From Candidatus Latescibacterota bacterium (GTDB taxonomy: Bacteria > Latescibacterota > UBA2968 > SICM01), in assembly GCA_965217865.1 (NCBI GenBank), contig CBDCJO010000002.1, forward strand, positions 1,664,001-1,728,000: a DNA stretch of 64,000 nucleotides, given 5' to 3'. Shown here one piece after another: positions 1 to 9,594 of this stretch (its first letter is position 1; every line of letters starts with the position of its first letter). Under the pieces are notes generated by a model. That model saw only the letters and a program-made list of their open reading frames with translations. It did not search any database and was not told where the DNA came from. The position numbers were made by a program, and so were the translations under genes.

Positions 1-2
1 AC

Positions 3-929
3 CCGGTTGGCGCTGGCGGCGGCCTTTTGAAGGTTGTCATTTATGGAAGCGAGCTGAAGGAAGGGCCGATAGATATATCCCAGATAAACGATGAACACAA
101 ACAGGTCCGCCACCGAGATGGTCCCTCCCAGGGCCATCGACCCACCGTACCAGATAACCAGGACGATTCCGAGACCCCCACCGGCCTCAATGATGGCCAT
201 TGGCAGGAGCGAGACGGTGTTGGCCTGGTTCATAACGTCCCGGAACTGCCCGCTGCGCGTTTCGATCTGTTTCGCACTGTGACGTTCCTGGACGAAGGAT
301 TTGATGATCGTCACGCCCGAGAGGTTGTCCTGCACCTGCGCGGCCAACTCCGATAGCTTTTCCCTGACCGAGCCCCAGGTCCTGCGCACCCCGGAGACAA
401 ACCTATATACCAGATAAGCGGTGATCGGAATCGGGATGAGGGTGATCAGGGCGAGCTTGGGGTTTATAAAGAAAAGGACAACGATCATCGAGGTCGGGAT
501 GACCAGGGCTAGGAGGGTTTCGGGGATCCCGTGCGCGACGAAATCCTCGACGGCCTCGACGTCGTTGATGGAACGTGAGATGAGGGCGCCGGTCCGTTGA
601 TTGTTGAAGAAGCGGTGCGGAAGGCCCTGGAGGTGGCGATAGACCCGGGTCATCAGATCGTGAAGGACCTGGTACGCGGCCACGTGGGAGAATCGTCCGT
701 ACCAGTATCGGGCCGCACCCCGGAACAGGTAGAGTCCAAACAGGAGGACGCTGACTGTGAGGAGTTCGTAGGTGGTCCCCCCCCCTTCTGTTAGCCATTT
801 GATGAGTTTCCGGATCAGGAGGGGAGGAAGCAGGTTGGTCGCAGCAAACAGAAGGCCGCAGCCGACAGATAGGGCTATCAGGTGGCGGCTGCCTTTCAAG
901 AGGTTGTAGATTTGAGTCAGGAAAGCCAT
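3..929 (-). CDS. ABC exporter (MsbA/Sav1866-like), N-terminal transmembrane domain; partial, runs off left edge
   Basis: Hand translation from ATG at 929 gives MAFLTQIYNLLKG...LLPPLLIRKLI...VYRHLQGLPHRFFNNQRTGALISRSINDVEAVE...QDNLSGVTIIKSF, with no stop before the edge. Absent from the ORF track for that reason. Confidence 0.85.
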   Translation of the reverse strand, partial: MAFLTQIYNLLKGSRHLIALSVGCGLLFAATNLLPPLLIRKLIKWLTEGGGTTYELLTVSVLLFGLYLFRGAARYWYGRFSHVAAYQVLHDLMTRVYRHLQGLPHRFFNNQRTGALISRSINDVEAVEDFVAHGIPETLLALVIPTSMIVVLFFINPKLALITLIPIPITAYLVYRFVSGVRRTWGSVREKLSELAAQVQDNLSGVTIIKSFVQERHSAKQIETRSGQFRDVMNQANTVSLLPMAIIEAGGGLGIVLVIWYGGSMALGGTISVADLFVFIVYLGYIYRPFLQLASINDNLQKAAASANR

Positions 930-979
930 TGGAAATGGAAAATGGAAAAGTCAGGGGTCGGAGGTCAGGGGTCGGGGAT
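930..979 (+). repeat. Polar heptamer array (AAATGGA then GGTCAGG/GGTCGGA)
   Basis: tggaaatggaaaatggaaaagtcaggggtcggaggtcaggggtcgggg directly abuts the start codon of the - strand ABC gene. Confidence 0.85.
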
Positions 980-1086
980 AAAAGCGTTGATTCCCCATTC
1001 AGAAATCAGACTGCGATGGATTTTCGTCGTTTCATTGCCGATATCTTTCAATAACCGTTTCATCCACCTCTGTTGGCGCGAAAAAA

Positions 1087-1205
1087 GAGATTCCCTTCGA
1101 CTCCGTGGCCAAAGAACGGCCACTCCGCTCAGGACAAGCTTCGCCGGAGTTTATCCTGAACGTAGTGAAGGGGATCAGAATGACATTTTTGATTTGAACT
1201 GTCTC
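1087..1205 (-). repeat. REP-like palindromic repeat (TGTCAT.CTGA...GAAG family)
   Basis: Reverse complement GAGACAGTTCAAATCAAAAATGTCATTCTGATCCCCTTC...CAGGATAAACTCCGGCGAAG matches 9199-9280. Confidence 0.75.
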
Positions 1206-1220
1206 AAAGACGAATAGAAA

Positions 1221-2765
1221 TTGATAAACCTAGATTCTCTCAATTTGATCCGGAATAGGATCAAAGTCAACTTTAATTCGCAAATAAGAGTGTCTCCGAT
1301 CAAGGAAAAAGGAACAAAACGTTCAAGCAGGGGTAGGGGAAAGGCGGGCAAGGGAACGGGGGACCTTCTGGAGAAGGTTCGGTCTTACGTCACCAAGTAC
1401 CGGATGTTCGATCCCGGTGATATGATCGTCGTGGCGGTATCCGGGGGACCCGATTCTGTGTGCCTGTTGGATCTGTTATCCCGCCTTCGGAAGGTCTTTG
1501 GGTTTCGGCTGTGTGTGGCCCACCTCAACCACGAACTACGGGGAAGGGCTTCGGATGGAGATGCCCGGTTCGTATGCCGATTGGCGGGCAAGATGGACCT
1601 CCCCTTCCATTCCGGGCGTTGCGATGCCGAAACCCTGGCCAAGGCAGAGGGTCGTTCCGTGGAGGATGCATCCCGGCAAGCCCGTCTCCGTTTTCTGGAG
1701 GAGGTAAGGACCCGGGTGGGAGCCGCCCGCGTCGCGCTCGGACACACCCGTGGTGATCAGGCGGAGACGGTACTGCTCCGCCTCCTTCGAGGGAGCGGAC
1801 GGGGCGGGTTGGGTGCGATGCGCCCCGTGCGTGATGGGGTGTGGGTAAGACCCTTGCTCGAGGTCAGCCGGGAGGAGGTCTTGAGCTACCTGAATCTCAG
1901 GCAACTTCGATTTCGACGGGATGCCTCAAACCGGGATACCCGTTTTACCCGCAACCGAATCCGACTGGACCTGATTCCCAAGCTCCGGAGTGACTATAAT
2001 CCCGAGATCGAAGGCATTCTCGCCCGCACGGCTCTTCTCCTGGGAGAGGAGGAGGCATGGCTTGAGGAGGTCGTTCAAAGGGCATTTTCCCGCGCAAAAC
2101 GCCACGCGGCGCCAGGAAAGATAGTCCTTGATATTAAACGGGTTTTGGGTTATCATATTATTTTACAACGTCGAATCATTCGAAAGGCCCTGTTTGATTT
2201 GGGGTCTCCGGGTGACGGGCTGGCATTTGAGGCTGTCGAGCGGGTTGTGAACGCCCTGAATCGAACGTCTTTTGGCATCCGGTCATCCGAGCAGATCGGG
2301 ATTTTTCGAACGTCCGATGCCCTTATCTTTTCTCGGCCGCTCTCGCCCTTCGAGATTCCGGTGCGGATACCGGGCCGGACCCTGATTCCTCCTCTGGGCA
2401 TCACCCTATTCGCCCGCATCCATTCTGCATCAGGGATCCGGGCGTTTATTCGCTCCGCTAGTTCCGATGAGGCGTATCTGGATTTGAGCTCCGTCGAGCC
2501 GGGGGTGATTCTTCGTAACCAGCGGAGGGAAGATCGGGTCAGGCCCCTGGGGATGAGGGGGACCAAACGGGTGAACGATCTACTGGCGGACGCCAAGGTC
2601 CACCGTTCCCTTCGGGACAGCGTACCGATCCTGACCAGCGGCGGGGACATCATCTGGGTCGTGGGACATCGCCTTTCGCACGCCGCCCGTGTGACCGTCA
2701 GGACGCAGCGGGTCGTTCACTTTCGGGTGAAGCCTTCGCGGAAAAGTCGAACCCGGGATTCATGA
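1221..2765 (+). CDS. tilS: tRNA(Ile)-lysidine synthetase
   Basis: PP-loop VAVSGGPDS, HLNHELRG, HTRGDQAET, RPLL, DASN...RNRIR and TilS C-terminal domain; lies upstream of ftsH. True start is probably downstream of 1221. Confidence 0.95.
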   Translation: MINLDSLNLIRNRIKVNFNSQIRVSPIKEKGTKRSSRGRGKAGKGTGDLLEKVRSYVTKYRMFDPGDMIVVAVSGGPDSVCLLDLLSRLRKVFGFRLCVAHLNHELRGRASDGDARFVCRLAGKMDLPFHSGRCDAETLAKAEGRSVEDASRQARLRFLEEVRTRVGAARVALGHTRGDQAETVLLRLLRGSGRGGLGAMRPVRDGVWVRPLLEVSREEVLSYLNLRQLRFRRDASNRDTRFTRNRIRLDLIPKLRSDYNPEIEGILARTALLLGEEEAWLEEVVQRAFSRAKRHAAPGKIVLDIKRVLGYHIILQRRIIRKALFDLGSPGDGLAFEAVERVVNALNRTSFGIRSSEQIGIFRTSDALIFSRPLSPFEIPVRIPGRTLIPPLGITLFARIHSASGIRAFIRSASSDEAYLDLSSVEPGVILRNQRREDRVRPLGMRGTKRVNDLLADAKVHRSLRDSVPILTSGGDIIWVVGHRLSHAARVTVRTQRVVHFRVKPSRKSRTRDS

Positions 2766-2790
2766 TCGATAATCAAGGAAAACCTTATTT

Positions 2791-5022
2791 ATGAGTGATC
2801 CAGGCCCGGATAAGTCGGGATTTAAGAAATCGAAAGAGGAGAAGCGGGGTCGACCGTCGTCTCGACAGACTCCCACCGGTCGAGACAAAGACAAGGGTCC
2901 GATCGAATCGGACGGCAATCCACCGGGACGGGGTAAGCGGAAGGGTGGCGGAATCCCTCGCGGATTTCAATGGCGGCGCGCATCCAAGACGCTCGCCCTC
3001 TGGGTCTTTTTCATCCTCGTCGTGATCTTTCTTGCCAAGTTCTTCGGCAGCAACATCCCTTCGGATACGGCCATCATCAGTTACAAGTCCTATACCCAAC
3101 TCCTGAAGGACCGTAAGATCAGGAACGCAGAGATCGTGGAGACGGTGTTCCACGGGAGGTTGGTCGAGCCGGAGATTCTGGAAGACGAGACAGGGAGCGT
3201 CAAAGCCTTTGAGAAATTTATTGTCAACCTCGGGATTATCGACGCCCAGACCCGTGGTGATTGGGAAAAATACGGGGTAGACTTCAAATTCAAAACCAAA
3301 CCCTATAACTGGGTCAGCTTCCTGTTCAACCTGCTTCCCTGGATTCTGTTTATGGTTCTCTGGTTGTTCATCCTGCGTCAGATGCAAGGGGGGCCTAAAG
3401 GGGCTTTCACGTTCGGCAAGAGCAAGGCAAAGCTGATATCCGAAGATAAGCCCAAGGTGACGTTTAAGGATGTCGCAGGTGTGGAAGAGGCCAAACAGGA
3501 ACTTCAGGAAATCATCGAGATCTTGAAGGAGCCCGGGAAGTTTCAGAAGCTGGGGGGCCGAATTCCGAAAGGGGTCCTTCTTGTGGGGCCTCCCGGAACC
3601 GGAAAGACATACATCGCCAAGGCCGTGGCCGGTGAGGCCGAGGTGCCCTTTTTCAGCATGAGTGGCTCCGACTTCGTGGAGATGTTCGTCGGGGTGGGGG
3701 CCTCCCGGGTCAGGGATCTGTTCGAACAGGGAAAAAACCACGCCCCCTGTATCATTTTCATCGATGAGATCGACGCGGTAGGGAGGCACCGGGGAGCCGG
3801 GATCGGGGGTGGACACGATGAACGGGAGCAGACGCTCAACCAGCTCCTCGTCGAGATGGACGGGTTTGAATCCAATGAAGGGGTGATCTTGATTGCGGCC
3901 ACGAACCGACCGGACGTCCTTGACCCCGCCCTGCTTCGTCCAGGCCGATTTGATCGGCAGGTGGTTGTAGATCGGCCGGACATCAAGGGGCGGGAAGGAG
4001 TCCTGAGCGTCCATACCCGAAATATCCCATTGGCCAAGGGGGCCAATCTGAAGGTCCTCGCGCGCGCCACCCCGGGCCTGTCTCAGGCCGACTTGGCAAA
4101 CCTGGTTAATGAGGCCGCCTTGCTGGCCGCCCGGTTTAATCGAAACCGGGTAACGATGGGGGATATGGAGGCCGCCAAGGACAAGGTGATGATGGGGACG
4201 GAACGCAGGAGCCTGATCATCCCGGATGAGGAAAAGCGGCTGGTGGCCTACCATGAGATCGGGCATGCCCTGGTCTCCAAGCTCATCCCGGGCAGCGATC
4301 CGATCCACAAGGCGACGATCATTCCGATCGGAAGGGCTCTAGGCGTCACGCATTTTCTGCCCCAGGACGAGCGCCATGTTCATCCAAAGAGCTACTGGTA
4401 CGACCGCATCACTATGATGTTGGGGGGTCGCACGGCTGAAAATATCGTTTATGGAGAGACCGCGAACGGGGCTGCAGACGATTATGAAAAGGCCACTCAG
4501 ATCGCCCGGAGTATGGTATGTGAATGGGGGATGAGCGAGCGACTCGGTCCGATGACTTATGGAAAAAAAGAGGAAGAGATCTTTTTGGGCAGGGAGATCG
4601 CTAAACACAGAGACTACAGTGAGAAAACCGCACAGGTTATCGACGAAGAGATCGCGTTGATCGTCAGCGGTGCCGAGAAACGTGCAGACGATCTTCTTCG
4701 GTCCAATGAGGACAAGCTCCACACGCTGGTCGAAGCCCTTCTGGAATTTGAGGTCCTGGACGGGTCCCAGATGGACAGGGTCCTTGCCGGGGAGGTCCTC
4801 AAACGTCCGGGCAACAAGAAGGCCCGGTGGAACAGCCAGGAGGGGAACGGACGGAGCGGCAGGATAAGGAGGGGAGGCGAAGGTAAAGGGAGGCGAAGGG
4901 TTGAACCGGAGGCAGCGGATAATCTTCCGAAACCTGAAGCGTCTGAAAGCAGTGAAACCGCAAACGACAAACGGCAAACGGGAGATGGGGAAGAGCAGGG
5001 GCCAGGGGCAAGAGGAAATTGA
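2791..5022 (+). CDS. ftsH: ATP-dependent zinc metalloprotease FtsH
   Basis: Two TM helices, Walker A GPPGTGKT, Walker [29 protein letters not shown], zinc motif HEIGH. Confidence 0.98.
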   Translation: MSDPGPDKSGFKKSKEEKRGRPSSRQTPTGRDKDKGPIESDGNPPGRGKRKGGGIPRGFQWRRASKTLALWVFFILVVIFLAKFFGSNIPSDTAIISYKSYTQLLKDRKIRNAEIVETVFHGRLVEPEILEDETGSVKAFEKFIVNLGIIDAQTRGDWEKYGVDFKFKTKPYNWVSFLFNLLPWILFMVLWLFILRQMQGGPKGAFTFGKSKAKLISEDKPKVTFKDVAGVEEAKQELQEIIEILKEPGKFQKLGGRIPKGVLLVGPPGTGKTYIAKAVAGEAEVPFFSMSGSDFVEMFVGVGASRVRDLFEQGKNHAPCIIFIDEIDAVGRHRGAGIGGGHDEREQTLNQLLVEMDGFESNEGVILIAATNRPDVLDPALLRPGRFDRQVVVDRPDIKGREGVLSVHTRNIPLAKGANLKVLARATPGLSQADLANLVNEAALLAARFNRNRVTMGDMEAAKDKVMMGTERRSLIIPDEEKRLVAYHEIGHALVSKLIPGSDPIHKATIIPIGRALGVTHFLPQDERHVHPKSYWYDRITMMLGGRTAENIVYGETANGAADDYEKATQIARSMVCEWGMSERLGPMTYGKKEEEIFLGREIAKHRDYSEKTAQVIDEEIALIVSGAEKRADDLLRSNEDKLHTLVEALLEFEVLDGSQMDRVLAGEVLKRPGNKKARWNSQEGNGRSGRIRRGGEGKGRRRVEPEAADNLPKPEASESSETANDKRQTGDGEEQGPGARGN

Positions 5023-5105
5023 AGATTGAAGATTGAAGATTGGGGGACCCCTGGCAATGGCAGAAGTCGGAGGTCAGAGGCTGGGGAAGGAAATTACAAA
5101 TCAAG
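4960..5105 (+). repeat. Polar heptamer array overlapping the ftsH 3' end
   Basis: gcaaacgacaaacggcaaacggga..., (gaagatt)x3, agtcggaggtcagagg. Confidence 0.7.
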
Positions 5106-5126
5106 GGTTTCATGATCACCCAGGCA

Positions 5127-5159
5127 AAGAAGGGCACGGGCACCGTGTCCTTCTTTTTT
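5127..5159 (+). terminator. Rho-independent terminator after ftsH
   Basis: Stem AAGAAGGGCACGG / CCGTGTCCTTCTT with GCA loop, followed by a T-run. Confidence 0.7.
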
Positions 5160-5180
5160 AATTCCGGTCGGAGAAGCCCG

Positions 5181-5262
5181 GGGTTCGTGGATCGAAAGGC
5201 CGTGGATCGTGGTTCGTGACTCGAAAAATCCGGGGATCGTGATTCGTGGATCGGGGTTCGGA
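5181..5262 (+). repeat. TCGTGGA/TCGTGAT heptamer array
   Basis: ttcgtggatcg...ccgtggatcgtggttcgtgactcg...gatcgtgattcgtggatcggggttcgg. The same family occurs at 16416-16440 and 24227-24245, and reversed at 10989-11035, 19147-19178 and 24546-24591. Confidence 0.7.
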
Positions 5263-5341
5263 AAAGCCACTAATCTGAATCCATTCAAAAACCTTTGACT
5301 ATTCCTCAAAAATTCGCATCGATTCTGAACGAATCACGACC

Positions 5342-6244
5342 ATGAACTCTCGTTCTCCAAGGGACTTGCATTGCGGGCGTAAAACCCTGAGGATCGGTGA
5401 GCGGACGCTGATCATGGGTATTCTGAACGTCACTCCGGATTCTTTCTTCGACGGAGGGATTTACCTTGACGGTGAAGCCGCTTATGCCCGGGCACAGACT
5501 ATGATCGATGAAGGGGTTGACCTGATCGACATCGGTGGGGAATCGACACGCCCGGCCGGCGCGTACGGCGCGGGATCCGAACAGGTCTCGGAAGCGGAGG
5601 AGATCAGACGCGTTGTCAGTGTCATAGAACGCGCTGCGAAAGACTCCCCCGTCCCGATCTCCGTGGACACCACGAAGGCCGAGGTTGCACGGCGGGCACT
5701 GGATGCAGGAGCGGAGATCGTAAACGACGTGAGTGCCCTTTCGTTCGACCCCGGGATGGCGGACTTGGTGGCGGATCGAGGTATCCCGGTGGTGCTGATG
5801 CACATGAAAGGAACACCAAGTACGATGCAACTGAATCCCACTTATGAGGATGTCGTCGGAGAGATATTGGCGTTCCTCCGCGAGCGTCAGGCCTTTGCAA
5901 GGCAGTCAGGGATCGGTCCGGATAAAATTCTGATCGATCCGGGACTTGGATTTGGAAAACGGATCCGGGATAATCTGGAGATCATCTCGCGCCTTGAAGA
6001 ATTCCGATCCCTCAAAGTTCCTTTGCTGATCGGTCCCTCCCGGAAGACTTTCCTGGGCGCCCCGGAAGTCCTGGCTGAGGAACAGTCCCTTCCCCCCGAG
6101 GAGCGATTAGAGGGGACCCTCGCTTCCCTGGCGCTCTGCATCGCAAATGGTGCCGACATCGTCAGGGTCCACGACGTCAAGGCGGCCGTGCGGGCCTGTC
6201 GAGTGGCGGATGCGATTGTAAAAGTTCCAGGTTCAAGTAAATGA
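5342..6244 (+). CDS. folP: Dihydropteroate synthase
   Basis: IMGILNVTPDSFFDGG, DIGGESTRP, ISVDT, DPGLGFGK, SRK, VRVHDV; tilS-ftsH-folP synteny. Confidence 0.97.
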   Translation: MNSRSPRDLHCGRKTLRIGERTLIMGILNVTPDSFFDGGIYLDGEAAYARAQTMIDEGVDLIDIGGESTRPAGAYGAGSEQVSEAEEIRRVVSVIERAAKDSPVPISVDTTKAEVARRALDAGAEIVNDVSALSFDPGMADLVADRGIPVVLMHMKGTPSTMQLNPTYEDVVGEILAFLRERQAFARQSGIGPDKILIDPGLGFGKRIRDNLEIISRLEEFRSLKVPLLIGPSRKTFLGAPEVLAEEQSLPPEERLEGTLASLALCIANGADIVRVHDVKAAVRACRVADAIVKVPGSSK

Positions 6245-6406
6245 GTAAGTCGTTAATTGGTGAGGGGTGAGTGGAAGCGAAATGGTTCTCATTTAATACC
6301 CACCGATGCCAAGTTCCAAGATCCCGGTTATGATCTCGAAAAGCAGCCTCCCTCAATGCTCTGCGTGGATTCCAGTCCGTTCTTCTCCTAGAAATAATAA
6401 ATATTC

Positions 6407-6435
6407 TTGACAAATCGCCATAACACCCCTATATT
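6407..6435 (+). promoter_or_regulatory. Sigma70-type promoter of the arg cluster
   Basis: TTGACA (6407-6412), 17 bp spacer, TATATT (6430-6435). Confidence 0.75.
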
Positions 6436-6473
6436 AGGCATAATTATTCAATTATACTGCATAATTATGCAAA
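6435..6473. promoter_or_regulatory. Tandem ARG boxes (ArgR operator)
   Basis: TAGGCATAATTATTCAAT and ACTGCATAATTATGCAAA, 18 bp each and 3 bp apart; the second has the perfect palindrome TGCATAATTATGCA; directly upstream of argR. Confidence 0.9.
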
Positions 6474-6485
6474 TGGTGTGGTAGA

Positions 6486-6956
6486 ATGAAGGACAAACGG
6501 CTTCGCCAGACTGAAATCCTCGATCTGATCGCCGGCCAGCCCGTGCGCACACAGCAGGAACTGGCTGAGCTTCTCCGGAAACGGGGGATCCGGGCGACCC
6601 AATCCACGCTATCCAAGGACATCAAGGACCTTGGTCTGATCAAGGTTCCGGTCGGGGGAAACGGCGTTCGATACTGCGCGCCGGTCCATGGCTCGATACC
6701 TCACACGGAAGCCGTCATACGTCGGGAACTGATGGATTTCGTGATTGATTTCGAAACCGCGGGGAACCTGCTTGTCATCAAAACGACTGCGGGGAACGCC
6801 TCGGGGGTTTGTGCCGCAATCGATGGGATCAACTGGCCGGAAGCGGTCGGCACGGTTGCCGGGGACGATACGATTTTCGTCGCCTGCAAGGTCGCCGAAC
6901 ATGCTCGGGTCCTCCAGGGACGAATGAATGATATTGTCCGGGGACATAAGGCTTGA
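6486..6956 (+). CDS. argR: Arginine repressor
   Basis: TQQEL...ATQSTLSKDIKDLG winged HTH; C-terminal GTVAGDDT arginine-binding motif. Confidence 0.96.
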   Translation: MKDKRLRQTEILDLIAGQPVRTQQELAELLRKRGIRATQSTLSKDIKDLGLIKVPVGGNGVRYCAPVHGSIPHTEAVIRRELMDFVIDFETAGNLLVIKTTAGNASGVCAAIDGINWPEAVGTVAGDDTIFVACKVAEHARVLQGRMNDIVRGHKA

Positions 6957-6958
6957 CC

Positions 6959-7909
6959 ATGAGTCCTATTAAGGTTGGAATTTTCGGCGATACCGGAATG
7001 GTGGGACAGGAGATTGAGAGGGTACTGGACCATCATGACCTGGTACAGATCGGCTTCAGAAAAAACTCTGTGCGAGAAACGGGGGACCTGGAGGCATGCA
7101 AGATGGTTTTTCTGGCCACAAAGGACCCTGAATCCATGGCATTCGCACCCGCGTTGCTGGCCTCCGGGAAGAAGATCGTCGATATGAGCGGGGCCTTCAG
7201 GTTGACCAGGGAAAAATTCGAACGGTGGTACTCCATGGAACACACGGCACCGGATTGCCTGAATGAGGCGGTTTATGGATTGCCGGCCTATTTCAAGGAC
7301 CGGATCGCTAGAGCCAGGCTGGTCGCCAATCCCGGTTGTTATCCGACCAGTGTCAATCTGGCATTGCGACCTTTAAAGGGGCTTGTTCAGGGTCAGGCCA
7401 CGGTCGTGTCAACCTCGGGAAATTCGGGGGCGCGAAGAGAAGTGGAGGCAAGACCGAACGAGATCACATATGGCTATGGAACCCAACACAAACACGTGCC
7501 CGAGATGGAGGAATACTCAGGATTTCCAGTAAGTTTCACGCCAGTTGTCTTGAGGTCCGTTTTTCGAGGGATCAACACCAACATTCGGATCGAACTGTCA
7601 GAGGAATTAAAATCGGTTTCAGCAGAAGAGGCGTGTAAGAACCTGAGCAGCCAGATCGAAGGCAGTTATGAACCGGATGACCTCGTGATGGTTGTTAAAG
7701 ACACCGGGCAAAAAGAATGGGGAACGGGAGATGTGACGGAGACGCACAAGGCCCTGATTAAGGTATGGGTGGACGATGGGTCCGCGTACCTCTGCTCCAT
7801 GATCGATAACCTGGGAAAGGGGGCCGCAAGCCAGGCGGTTGAGAATATGAATATCGTTCAGGGGTTTCCCAGGTTATACGGCATCGACGCTGTTTACAGC
7901 ACGAATTGA
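6959..7909 (+). CDS. argC: N-acetyl-gamma-glutamyl-phosphate reductase
   Basis: Rossmann GDTGMVG, VDMSGAFR, catalytic VANPGCYPT, HKHVPE, IDNLGKGAASQAVENMN. Confidence 0.93.
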   Translation: MSPIKVGIFGDTGMVGQEIERVLDHHDLVQIGFRKNSVRETGDLEACKMVFLATKDPESMAFAPALLASGKKIVDMSGAFRLTREKFERWYSMEHTAPDCLNEAVYGLPAYFKDRIARARLVANPGCYPTSVNLALRPLKGLVQGQATVVSTSGNSGARREVEARPNEITYGYGTQHKHVPEMEEYSGFPVSFTPVVLRSVFRGINTNIRIELSEELKSVSAEEACKNLSSQIEGSYEPDDLVMVVKDTGQKEWGTGDVTETHKALIKVWVDDGSAYLCSMIDNLGKGAASQAVENMNIVQGFPRLYGIDAVYSTN

Positions 7910-7912
7910 GTC

Positions 7913-8803
7913 GTGATGGAAGATATCATTCAGAAGGCCGCCGCCCTTGTGGAGGCGTTTCCCTACATCCGATCGTTCCGGGACCGGATTGTCGTGGTCA
8001 AGTACGGCGGGAGCACGCTGGCCGAGGAGGGCGGGTCTACGACCGTACTGGCCGACCTGGTTTTCATGGAGACCGTGGGTATGAAGCCGGTGGTGGTCCA
8101 CGGCGGGGGGAAGGAGATCAGCCGGCGGATGAAAGAGGCCGGTGTCGAGGCACGCTTCGTGGACGGGCTTCGGGTCACGGATGAGGATACTATGAAGATC
8201 GTTGAGGACACCCTTTTCGGGGTCGTCAACCGGGGGATCGCAGAGGGCATCGTTACCCTCGGGGGAAATGCCAGGGGTATGTCGGCCAAAGATGCGGGGA
8301 TTATGAGGGTCAAAAAGCACCGGGCTTCTGTGTCGGAGGAGGATGGCACAAGACAGGCGGTGGACATCGGTTTCGTCGGGGATGTGGAATCGATCGACCG
8401 GGATCCGATCATCCGGATCTGTGATGAGGCAACCATCCCCGTAATCGCTCCGATCGGGCTCGGTGAAGACGGGATGGGTTATAATGTCAATGCGGATACG
8501 GTGGCCGGAGAGATCGCAAGCGCTCTGAACGCCGAGAAGCTTGTGTTTTTGACGAATGTGACCGGAATCCTGAAAGATGCGAAGGACGAGAGGACCCTTC
8601 TGTCCTCTCTGCACGTTAATGACGTGGAGGACATGATCGAAAACGGGGGTGTTCAAGGCGGGATGATCCCGAAGGTGCGGGCCTGTGTCCGGTCGGTAAA
8701 AGGCGGAGTCCGAAAGACACACATCATAGACGGGCGAATTCCACACGCGCTTCTGCTCGAGATCTTTACAAAGGAAGGGATCGGGACGGAGATCGTAGCG
8801 TAA
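7913..8803 (+). CDS. argB: Acetylglutamate kinase
   Basis: VVKYGGS, VHGGG, GLRVTD, YNVNAD, GGMIPKV, DGRIPHALLLEIFT. Confidence 0.97.
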   Translation: MMEDIIQKAAALVEAFPYIRSFRDRIVVVKYGGSTLAEEGGSTTVLADLVFMETVGMKPVVVHGGGKEISRRMKEAGVEARFVDGLRVTDEDTMKIVEDTLFGVVNRGIAEGIVTLGGNARGMSAKDAGIMRVKKHRASVSEEDGTRQAVDIGFVGDVESIDRDPIIRICDEATIPVIAPIGLGEDGMGYNVNADTVAGEIASALNAEKLVFLTNVTGILKDAKDERTLLSSLHVNDVEDMIENGGVQGGMIPKVRACVRSVKGGVRKTHIIDGRIPHALLLEIFTKEGIGTEIVA

Positions 8804-8813
8804 GACCCTTCCG

Positions 8814-8879
8814 CCATCCCCACTGGAATATAGAATACAGAAGACAGGAGTCAGAAGAAGACCTAATTCAACTCAGTCG
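8814..8879 (+). repeat. ~65 bp AGAATAC/AGAAGTC-based repeat, copy 1 (after argB)
   Basis: ccatccccactggaatatagaatacagaag...tcagaagaagacctaattcaactcagtcg, near-identical to 10826-10885. Confidence 0.8.
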
Positions 8880-8894
8880 GCTGGGTGTTAGAGG

Positions 8895-9136
8895 TGAGAC
8901 GGCAATCGGGGGCCAGAGGTCGGAGGTCAGGGATCGGGTCGGAGGTCAGGGAAAAGCAGTAGCAGTGGCAGTAGCAGGAAAGGCGAAGGCCAGGGGTCGG
9001 AGGTCAGTCCGTCAAACGTCAAATCGTGAGACGTGAGAAGGAGGTTGGGGGGCAAGAGGAAATGGAAGATTGAATATCGAAGAGATCCTTATGCCCACAA
9101 AAAAGTCCTGAGGTTTTCAAATATTCAATATTCAAT
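8895..9136 (+). repeat. Composite polar array (GGTCAGG, GCAGTG, GTGAGAC) plus TTGAATA inverted-arm mini-element
   Basis: Periodic blocks visible directly; ends in ...aatattcaatattcaat, which is inverted relative to gaagattgaatatcgaag. Confidence 0.8.
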
Positions 9137-9198
9137 GAATTTAGAGTCTTACATTACAACTTCTACGCAAGATGCGTACATCTTTTTGGTCCGTCTAT

Positions 9199-9280
9199 GA
9201 GACAATTCAAACCAAAAATGTCATCCTGAGCCCCTTCGGCTCACTTCGTTCGCTCAGGATATACTCCGGCGAAGGATCTC
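9199..9280 (+). repeat. REP-like palindromic repeat (TGTCATCCTGAGC...GAAGGATCTC)
   Basis: Hairpin TCCTGAGC...GCTCAGGA; inverted copy at 1087-1205. Confidence 0.75.
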
Positions 9281-9594
9281 GGTTTTAGGATCATACATCT
9301 CCGCGAGATATGTAAATATTTTTGGTTGCGGCTGAGTGGAGCGAAGGCAGCGTTAGGTGAGGGGTGCCGAGCTTGTGAGGCGGGGTGAGGGAGCACGACG
9401 GGGTTCCAAGGAAGTGCAAAATGAATAATGCAGAGCGCAAAACAAAAGGTTTCGGCCAAAAGCAATGGGTTCAGGTACTGATGATACAGTTTGACTTCCG
9501 AAAAAATCCACTTAGGATCGAAAAAAGACATGGTTTACCATTCCATAGAATGGTGAATTGGAAGCGGTGAATCGGAAACCTATGGAGGGAGCTT

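Noticed and set aside
403-798. 131-aa - strand ORF from the track
   Set aside because: Wrong frame; the real gene is the ABC exporter starting at 929.
2785-4308. 507-aa antisense ORF
   Set aside because: Shadow of ftsH; no recognisable motifs.
9320-9390. Integron attC-like site (GTTAGG core)
   Set aside because: No matching inverse core or attC stem, no cassette array and no integrase.
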